NCBI GenBank assembly: GCA_965214095.1
Contig: OZ243938.1
Location: 256,001-320,000, forward strand
Origin: Candidatus Poribacteria bacterium
GTDB lineage: Bacteria > Poribacteria > WGA-4E > WGA-3G
Length of the DNA stretch: 64,000 bases
Reading direction: 5' to 3'
Part shown: in pieces, positions 57,251 through 64,000 of the stretch
How positions within the stretch are numbered: the stretch's first letter is position 1
Layout: each line of letters begins with the position of its first letter
The notes under the pieces: model-generated
What the model was told of the DNA's origin: nothing
The model's database searches: none
What the model saw: the letters and a program-made list of their open reading frames with translations, nothing else
Program-made: the position numbers and the translations under genes

Positions 57251-58417
57251 TTATATTTCTGTCCTTAAAATCTCTGCTGCATTTTGTATCACTTGAAGTT
57301 TCTGAGTCGCGATGTCCGTAGTATTTACTGGGCGATCTGCAAATGTGCCAAATCCACAATCTGGATTCAGATAAACCTGTTCTGGTTTCCGATGTTTTAA
57401 GAGTGCTCTTACTTTGTTCAACACAAAATCTACAGATTCCACCTCTATGGTACGCGGATCAACGACTCCCAGTCCAATCTCTTTGTCTTCAGGAAGTTCA
57501 CTCAGAACATCTATACTACCTGCTCGTTCTGTAGCATATTCTAACACAAACTGATTAATGTTCATCTTGCTAAAATATGGAATTAGTAGATCATAAGAAC
57601 CACGGAGTAAGACATCTTCCTGTTGACTCCAGTTTCCTCTACAAACGTGTAGGGCAGTTTTCATTTGTCCATCTATACCTTCAACGACACGATTGATTAG
57701 TTCTACAGCAAAGTTCAGTTCTTCTTCTGGACTGCTTTTCTCTGATAAGGCAGCACACATGAACGAATGTGTTTCATGTGGACCAGTAAATGCAACTTCG
57801 GTAAGGACTGGTTCATCAAATTGCACAAATTCACAACCTGCATTCTGTAAATCTTGTAATTCTTGTTGAAGTACATCAACAACATCGTTACCAAGGGACT
57901 CTTTGTCAGGATAGAATTCGTAGGAGAGTTTCTTCACCCACATTGATCTGGTTAATAGGTAGGGACCTGGGAGGGTGACCTTGATCGGTTTATTGGTATG
58001 TTCCTTAAGGAAAAGGAAATCGCTTAGGACAAGTGGTGATGTCCGTTTTAGTTTTCCATCAACCACTGGGTTTTTTAAGGCAAAGGCAGGAACATCTAAT
58101 GCATTCAGCAATTGTTCAAAAGCAGCTTTGTCTTCAACATAGTCAAGCATTTCAGCAAGTGTCATCAATCGAATGCCGTCAATGCATTCAGTGATGAAAG
58201 AATAGAAGTTATCGCGGCGTTGTTCTCCATCGCTGACGATATCTACACCGTTGTCTTCTTGCAGTTTTAGGCTTTCAATCACTGCATTGTCTGCAATTTC
58301 AGTGAATTCGTTGTCTGTGATGTTCCCTTTATTTCTGTTCCGTATCGCCCGTGATACCGTCCTTGAACGAGGCATGCTGCCAACGACGGTTACCGGAAAC
58401 TGTGGTAAATTGTCCAT
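57251..58417 (-). CDS. Cobalamin-independent methionine synthase II family (single-barrel core MetE-like) Zn enzyme
   Basis: VVGSMPR, SDGEQRR and QFDEP motifs; Zn ligands HVCRGNW, LEY and NPDCGF; extra HSFMCAALS loop. Start MDNLP after AAGGAG. Confidence 0.9.
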   Translation of the reverse strand: MDNLPQFPVTVVGSMPRSRTVSRAIRNRNKGNITDNEFTEIADNAVIESLKLQEDNGVDIVSDGEQRRDNFYSFITECIDGIRLMTLAEMLDYVEDKAAFEQLLNALDVPAFALKNPVVDGKLKRTSPLVLSDFLFLKEHTNKPIKVTLPGPYLLTRSMWVKKLSYEFYPDKESLGNDVVDVLQQELQDLQNAGCEFVQFDEPVLTEVAFTGPHETHSFMCAALSEKSSPEEELNFAVELINRVVEGIDGQMKTALHVCRGNWSQQEDVLLRGSYDLLIPYFSKMNINQFVLEYATERAGSIDVLSELPEDKEIGLGVVDPRTIEVESVDFVLNKVRALLKHRKPEQVYLNPDCGFGTFADRPVNTTDIATQKLQVIQNAAEILRTEI

Positions 58418-58491
58418 TGTTCGTATCTCCTTCACTTTCATTTAATGTGTTATGTTTGCAAACGCCAAAGCTTCTGCAATTGCTTATCTGG

Positions 58492-58704
58492 TTATTCTAC
58501 TAACTCTCTTTCAAATATAACGATCACTTGATCTGACCGACCACTAAATGTCGGAAGGATGATTTCACAAAGTCTCCATCCTTCTTTTCCTTCAGTATTA
58601 AGTGTACTCTCCAAGTCTGGTACATCTCGGTCCGGAGTTCCGAGCAATCCTTTTGCGTTAATCGAAACATCAAGCTTTACCGTTTTATACTCGTATTTCT
58701 TCAT
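58492..58704 (-). CDS. DUF4177 family small protein
   Basis: KYEYKTV...LNTEGKEGWRL...IFER. Confidence 0.85.
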   Translation of the reverse strand: MKKYEYKTVKLDVSINAKGLLGTPDRDVPDLESTLNTEGKEGWRLCEIILPTFSGRSDQVIVIFERELVE

Positions 58705-58726
58705 TACTATGCCTCACTATGCCTCG

Positions 58727-59206
58727 TTAAGACACTGTTACATAAGGACGCGTGTCAATGTAATAGACCAGATGTCCTTCGTTTTCTCTGAAACCAATTG
58801 AGCGAAAAAAGGACTCTTCACAATTTTCAACGATGTAGCCCGTGATGAAGGTTGCGCCCATTTTTTCAAGTTCATGACATAAACGTTCACCTAACAGAAG
58901 TCCTAATCTACTATTATCTGATTCAATCAACGATCCGTTGTTGTATTTCAGATTATCTCCTTGATAGTGGACATCAACTGAAAATTCCATGATGTGTGCG
59001 GAAAGACCGTCAAAAGTAGCGCGTGCAAGTCCGACAAGTTGATTTTCTATGTATGCAGCTACGATTAGGTGTGGGTGTTCCAGAATCCGTGCTGCGACTT
59101 CTTTGCCGAACCCGACCTCGCAAATATTGTTTCGTTCATAGAAGTTGAATAACGCATCAGCAGTGATGATAGGGTTGACTTGGATGTTTATGGGTTGTGG
59201 TGTCAT
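58727..59206 (-). CDS. GNAT-like protein
   Basis: LVGLARATFDGLSAHIMEFSVDVHYQG and FFRSIGF motifs. Confidence 0.7.
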   Translation of the reverse strand: MTPQPINIQVNPIITADALFNFYERNNICEVGFGKEVAARILEHPHLIVAAYIENQLVGLARATFDGLSAHIMEFSVDVHYQGDNLKYNNGSLIESDNSRLGLLLGERLCHELEKMGATFITGYIVENCEESFFRSIGFRENEGHLVYYIDTRPYVTVS

Positions 59207-59256
59207 GGTTTACTTCGCTCACTGATGGTATGAGGTCTTTGTATCACAATTCTTGG

Positions 59257-60237
59257 TTAGACATCATCTTCCTGTTCGCTGGAATTGAGTGAAAGCAATA
59301 CACTCTCAATTTCTGGTTGGAATACCTCTATTAGTTTTAAAAGGTTCGTGATATGCCATTCTCTAATTTCCTTTAATTCATCTTCAGTGGCTTCAATTGA
59401 TTCATCACGAGAAACGATTATGAATGTCTCTTGCTTGTCAGCATTACGTTGCCATTCAAGGTTGCTTCCAAACCTCCTAATAATTTCTTCCTCACGATCC
59501 TTTAGTACATCAAAAAGTGGGATTCGCTTCTCACATTGTCCTTGATAGATTCTTAAATCTACCCTTGCTTTGTCACCTTGGGCAAATGAAACTCTGTATG
59601 CAATGCCCGAAGTTCCTGAGGCAACAGTACGTCGGTTTTCTCCTGTATTACTTCTAAAATTCTTGGTAAAATTATACTTATCTCTTAATTCATCAATAAG
59701 TTCTTGAAAGAAGATCCTATACTTTTCTTGCTTAGGTGATACATCTGTTAGACGTTTCTGTTTCTGATACTTTTGCCATTCATTCGGAAAAACAACTAAC
59801 TTAAAAACAGGGGTAAGTTTTGACTTGTCAATTTGTAGAAGTTCCACCACGACAGCAAAGAACTGAGTCTCAGTATCCGTTCTCTGATTTAACCATTCTA
59901 AAGCTTGGCGATGTTCATCCCTAATTTTTTCTGAAACCCATACCACTACTGACGCATCATTGCCACCTGCGTATGTAAGCAGTTTTCCCAGATGTTCATG
60001 GTTGGATCGCTTAAACTGGTTTTCAATCACAACAGTTCTTGGAGTCCCTTCAACTTGAGCTAACAGATCCAGAAAGAAATCCCCAACTGGTGCTTCTCTG
60101 TCTACGACCTCAAGATCCATTCCAAGTGCATCACCTAATTTATCAATATGTTCTGCAAGCCACGGTGTAAAATCATTTTCTTCGTGTTTAAATACTTTGT
60201 GTAACGGAATTGTCTTTAATTCTCCAAAGTCATACAT
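59257..60237 (-). CDS. DUF4268-domain protein with N-terminal PD-(D/E)XK-like nuclease domain
   Basis: HEENDFTPWLAE, LDLLA...VVIENQ, HLGKLLTY and EHRQALEWLN motifs; C-terminal FGSNLEW. Confidence 0.8.
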   Translation of the reverse strand: MYDFGELKTIPLHKVFKHEENDFTPWLAEHIDKLGDALGMDLEVVDREAPVGDFFLDLLAQVEGTPRTVVIENQFKRSNHEHLGKLLTYAGGNDASVVVWVSEKIRDEHRQALEWLNQRTDTETQFFAVVVELLQIDKSKLTPVFKLVVFPNEWQKYQKQKRLTDVSPKQEKYRIFFQELIDELRDKYNFTKNFRSNTGENRRTVASGTSGIAYRVSFAQGDKARVDLRIYQGQCEKRIPLFDVLKDREEEIIRRFGSNLEWQRNADKQETFIIVSRDESIEATEDELKEIREWHITNLLKLIEVFQPEIESVLLSLNSSEQEDDV

Positions 60238-60454
60238 TTTTCAGGACTCCTTCCATTTTTTTCACACGACCAGCCTTAATATCAGTACGCACTTTTTCAG
60301 CAAGTTGAGCGAGTTGGTCTTGCGATTCTGCAAAAGACTTTTCCCACCGCCGTTCATCTTCAAGCTCTTCAAAAATGATGGTTGCAATGGCATCTTGCTG
60401 TTCGGGAGGCAATTTATATACCTCAGTAAGCACTTTTTCAAGTAGCTGTGTCAT
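60230..60454 (-). CDS. Small putative antitoxin-like protein
   Basis: MTQLLEK...LPPEQQDAIA...ELEDERRWEKSFAESQDQL...AGR. RBS AAGGAGG; overlaps the next gene (ATGTATGA). Confidence 0.65.
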   Translation of the reverse strand: MTQLLEKVLTEVYKLPPEQQDAIATIIFEELEDERRWEKSFAESQDQLAQLAEKVRTDIKAGRVKKMEGVLKNV

Positions 60455-60480
60455 AATTGTTCCTCCTTAGTTTTACTAAC

Positions 60481-61221
60481 TTATATCACTCGCAAGTCCA
60501 CATTTATATCAACATCACGCGTCAAAGTATTCGTCACAGGAGAAGCAGTGATGGTTTCCTGCCAAAGTTTTTCTAACACTTCATCATCAGCATCCGATGC
60601 TACGTATATCGTTCCGCTGACCTCTTTAAACCCGCTATGTCCGTCCTGCTCTGTTCCAAGAAAAACAAAGATGTTATCTATCTGACCACTTAGTGATATT
60701 TCTAGCTCATCTATCTGAATTTTCTGTTGTGAAGCACGAATTTGAAAACCCATCGCTAAACAAGCACCGAGTGCACCAAGAACATATTCTACTGCACTGG
60801 GTGCCTCATCACGTACATCAAAACTTGCAGGCTGTCCAACCGACCATGAGTGATTTCTACAGAATACCTTTGCCTGAAGACCACCATCCCAATGGATACG
60901 CGTCTTCCACTGATAATCTCGTGCTTGTTCGTAGGCAATATCTGCATCCTGTTCGGCTTCACCGCGTTGTACGAAATATTTGTTATGCTCAGGATCAGAT
61001 CGCCAACCGAGATATGGGTTTTCTGTCATCCGACACCAGGCTGGCAGATCCTCTTTGACACTGATTTCTGTACTACGTATTTCCAAGACTTCTCCATCAG
61101 GAACTTTTTCCATAGATTTACGAATGAGCAAGAGTAAACCAGAACCACAGTCAAGGTTTCCACCTTCACATATATGTGATGTTTGTAAAGAATCAGGGGC
61201 ATTTAAATCTTCTTCTCGCAT
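60481..61221 (-). CDS. TusA/SirA-like sulfur carrier fused to an OsmC-like domain
   Basis: N-terminal GGNLDCGSGLL...DLPAWCR. C-terminal PSAVEYVLGALGACL...SGF...ASPVTNTL, where the second OsmC Cys is replaced by Ser. Confidence 0.85.
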   Translation of the reverse strand: MREEDLNAPDSLQTSHICEGGNLDCGSGLLLLIRKSMEKVPDGEVLEIRSTEISVKEDLPAWCRMTENPYLGWRSDPEHNKYFVQRGEAEQDADIAYEQARDYQWKTRIHWDGGLQAKVFCRNHSWSVGQPASFDVRDEAPSAVEYVLGALGACLAMGFQIRASQQKIQIDELEISLSGQIDNIFVFLGTEQDGHSGFKEVSGTIYVASDADDEVLEKLWQETITASPVTNTLTRDVDINVDLRVI

Positions 61222-61547
61222 ATATTTCCTTTGTGAAAGATAGATTCTGTCTTAACTTTATCTATAGAAAGTATTTGCAAATCTGTTTTATCGTTTGTCT
61301 GTTTTGTATTATATGTTTTATTTTGAAGGTGGGCAAGGGTGTTGTGGGTTTATTGAGAAGAATATTAGTGGTCTTAATAATGAAACCCTCCCTATGTATT
61401 CGTTTACTCTAAGTGAGAAATATCAAATGATCTTTTGGTAAACAACCATATTTACATTGGGAGGGAGACATGTTTGTCAGAATTGGGATTCAACCGAACC
61501 CAATAGGCTATTACTGCAACAGACTGCAGGAACACCTTAACCCAATG

Positions 61548-61907
61548 TCAATAGGTAATGCAAGATGCACCAGTAGTTAAGAACTCAACAGCCTTTGCAC
61601 CACCAACTATCAATGCACTTTCAACAAGGTTATTTTCATCCAGACTTCGTTTCTTGAAGCATGGAGAACATACCCAAATTGTTCCACCCACCTCAACAAA
61701 ATCAGACATTAATTGTTTTAGTGGTGCAAAACTTTCTTCATGAATATCATCAGCGTAACCACTCTGTGATAGATGTACACCTTCAGTGCTAAGAAATATG
61801 ACTGTTTCAACACCGGATGCAACCGAAGCATTCGCAACAACAAAACCGACAGTGGCTTTGTCGGTATTATCTTTTGCATGCGTAATGCTTATCATTAACT
61901 TCGCCAT
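61548..61907 (-). CDS. DsrE family protein
   Basis: IFLSTEGV, IWVCSPCFKKR and IVGGAKAVEF motifs. Confidence 0.88.
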   Translation of the reverse strand: MAKLMISITHAKDNTDKATVGFVVANASVASGVETVIFLSTEGVHLSQSGYADDIHEESFAPLKQLMSDFVEVGGTIWVCSPCFKKRSLDENNLVESALIVGGAKAVEFLTTGASCITY

Positions 61908-61912
61908 TATGT

Positions 61913-62206
61913 TTATACTCCTTTTTTAATATAAAAATAGGCATTGTCTTCTCCGCAGCAATCTGCAAGAAGTTCATTGCCTATCATGTTACACCATGCC
62001 GCGATGTCTACAGGGGCACCTGGATCCAAAGCGCGGACTTGTGCTATCTGCCCTTGCTCAAGAGTTCTCATGGATTTTAATAGTGCTATAATAAGGTCAC
62101 CACATCCGAGTTCTCCTAAATCAAAAACAGCATCTGGTTTTATGTCTGGTAAAACTACTTTTTCTCCCATATAAAATAAAATACCATATAATTTTTCAGA
62201 TGTCAA
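61913..62206 (-). CDS. TusA/SirA-like sulfur carrier protein
   Basis: FDLGELGCGDL...VRALDPGAPVDIAAWC...YFYIKK. The true start may be ATG 62170. Confidence 0.85.
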   Translation of the reverse strand: MTSEKLYGILFYMGEKVVLPDIKPDAVFDLGELGCGDLIIALLKSMRTLEQGQIAQVRALDPGAPVDIAAWCNMIGNELLADCCGEDNAYFYIKKGV

Positions 62207-62236
62207 TCTAATTAAACCGACAATTGAGAGTTATAC

Positions 62237-63106
62237 TTAACGTTCAAGCCATCCCGGTAATTTTATGTTTTCCGACATTTTCCATGCAGTTAGATAGAGA
62301 GATGCTGTCCAACGCACACCCTCTCGTGAGCGGTCATTCGTAAACTCAATTAATTCTGTGGAAGGTTTTTTGAGTGCCTCATATTGTTCAACAAGTTCAT
62401 ATACATTATCTACCAAGTTAAAGCCTTCTTTTAACTGCTTGACAATTGCTGGAAATAAGTCACCAACCATCTCTACTTTTTGATCCTTGGCAAGTTCAGA
62501 TGGATCAAGTTTTAATACCTCAATTGATGAATCTACTTTCTCATGGATTCCACTATGCAGTTTTGAACCGTCCTTTTGAACAATACCATCAAAATGTACA
62601 GTCAAGTGTAGAGGTTGGCACATGTCTTGTGCATAGTGACCGAGAAATCCCGCATATACATAACATTTGTATTGTATTATCGGATTATCAGGCCATTTGC
62701 GATATTCTGCAAAAGCGATAGCCAGTCGTTCTGTCCATTCCGCTACTGCATAGGGTAGGTAACCAACTTTGCCTGGATCCTGATTCAACTCTGCACACAA
62801 TTTGATGAATGCATCACGATTAACTGGTACAGGATTATCTTTGATGAGTTCCAGATCAAAGTAATGTTCACCGTGTTCTGCTATCCGAGCATGTGCCATA
62901 TCACGATTCTTAGACACATCAGGATCATAAGCACAATGTGTGATCATACTTTCACCTGATGCTGACCTGAAAAATTCAGGTAATTCGTCAGGTAACGCTT
63001 TAATAGAGGCTTGTGTGAGGATGTCATGTCCACCACCCCACCATGCAAAAGTGGGAGAAGAAAGCACGAACACCGATAGAACCAATACTTGTAATATACG
63101 TTTCAT
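62237..63106 (-). CDS. Secreted Zn-dependent phospholipase C / S1-P1 nuclease family protein
   Basis: Signal peptide then WWGGGH; DPD, HYFD, HYAQDMCQPLH and IHEKVD motifs. Confidence 0.82.
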   Translation of the reverse strand: MKRILQVLVLSVFVLSSPTFAWWGGGHDILTQASIKALPDELPEFFRSASGESMITHCAYDPDVSKNRDMAHARIAEHGEHYFDLELIKDNPVPVNRDAFIKLCAELNQDPGKVGYLPYAVAEWTERLAIAFAEYRKWPDNPIIQYKCYVYAGFLGHYAQDMCQPLHLTVHFDGIVQKDGSKLHSGIHEKVDSSIEVLKLDPSELAKDQKVEMVGDLFPAIVKQLKEGFNLVDNVYELVEQYEALKKPSTELIEFTNDRSREGVRWTASLYLTAWKMSENIKLPGWLER

Positions 63107-63123
63107 AATACTCCTTTATACTA

Positions 63124-63999
63124 TTAGTCAGCTGCGAGATATTCTGAAGATTCATCTTCGTGCCATTGGAATTGAAGGTCTGTAGTTTCATGCGGTTTAA
63201 ACGGTATAGCAACGGTATCAACATCAGCACCGATGATGTCTATATTCTTTAGATCCGCAGTGCCGTAACCTAATTCATTGGCATAGTTGAACAATCCAAT
63301 CTCCATAGGTTCAAATCCCATTGCTTTTGATGTGACAGCATCTGCAGCGAACACATCACCACTTGCTATAGCAATTCCGAGAGGAACTGAATTGGTGCCA
63401 CCTGGACCGTTCCCTTGTAATCCAACAGTTCCATCAACAATAGCAATGTCTGGCTTAAGATAACGTGATAACCGAAGTAGGTTGATATTTAGGCTTTGTG
63501 CTTCACGCGGAAGCTCACGATCTGCATGACTATGATAACCGTGCATTTTAATGCGGTCCTCTTTGTGCAATGTTCCCATAATCATGTTTTTCATTGCAAG
63601 GGTAACAACACCAGCATCATGCGTCTTTGCAATAGCAACAGATATGGTGCAGGGACAATCAAGAACGATCTTCGGCATCCGGACAGTATCTGACTTCCGA
63701 TCTGCAAGAAACGCTGTGGTTTCCACCCATTCAGTTTCTTGATGTAAATCAACCAGTCTGATAGGAACATCATACTCCGCTTGTAGCGCATCATATCCAA
63801 AGATTTGAAATGCTTCACCAGAAAACGATTCATTAGCACCCTCAGCGATGATAATCTCGTTTGGTCGTTGTGGAGTGCTCAATAGAAAGTCAATAGCACC
63901 ACGTATCACATCAACATGTGAGGATGCAAGTTGATTTGTGCTGGAGAGGAAATTCGGCTTTAACAACACTTGTTCACGCACTTTCGGTGTGATGTCATC
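63124..63999 (-). CDS. DUF362 family protein, 5' end outside window
   Basis: VLLKPN, IIIAEG, KTHD...TLAMKN, IVDG...GNGP and ASGDVFAADA motifs. The frame stays open to the window edge. Confidence 0.85.
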   Translation of the reverse strand, partial: DDITPKVREQVLLKPNFLSSTNQLASSHVDVIRGAIDFLLSTPQRPNEIIIAEGANESFSGEAFQIFGYDALQAEYDVPIRLVDLHQETEWVETTAFLADRKSDTVRMPKIVLDCPCTISVAIAKTHDAGVVTLAMKNMIMGTLHKEDRIKMHGYHSHADRELPREAQSLNINLLRLSRYLKPDIAIVDGTVGLQGNGPGGTNSVPLGIAIASGDVFAADAVTSKAMGFEPMEIGLFNYANELGYGTADLKNIDIIGADVDTVAIPFKPHETTDLQFQWHEDESSEYLAAD

Positions 64000-64000
64000 A

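Noticed and set aside
61176-61412. 78-aa hydrophobic + strand ORF in the dsrE/osmC spacer
   Set aside because: It comes from T-rich low-complexity sequence, is antisense to the operon, overlaps the TusA-OsmC start and has no clear RBS.
61500-61550. TGA ending dsrE followed by hairpins, considered as selenocysteine readthrough with a SECIS
   Set aside because: The TGA falls at the normal DsrE C-terminus and not at a catalytic Cys position. The catalytic motifs in the cluster use ordinary Cys codons.

Overview
AT-rich bacterial chromosomal window, most likely Candidatus Poribacteria. This is an inference from secreted proteins ending in 'VDPKxKLTTTWGALK', a DUF1553/DUF1501 pair, an ASPIC/UnbV protein, an AAA/PD-(D/E)XK protein and an archaeal-type phosphopantothenate synthetase. 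About 55 genes are present. They include carbohydrate and redox enzymes, dtd, a group II GGGP synthase, grpE-dnaJ-prmA (no dnaK), a stand-alone double PurS, gnd, a heterodimeric ABC exporter and a porin/BCCT pair. A complete assimilatory nitrate operon (nasT-nirA-narK-narB) has a readable sigma54 promoter and an ANTAR attenuator, but no nasS. No rRNA, tRNA or CRISPR array was seen. Three signals stand out. (1) A putative uncharacterised sulfur-relay/alkyl-transfer system: TusA-like, DsrE, a TusA-OsmC fusion and a core MetE-like Zn enzyme (57.2-62.2 kb). (2) At least six 110-250 bp intergenic elements in which different terminal inverted repeats are combined with different GTAG-type REP hairpins. 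(3) One of these elements abuts a truncated Rpn gene that retains only its small C-terminal protein, with an internal promoter and RBS. All product calls come from motif recognition by eye; no database searches were run.
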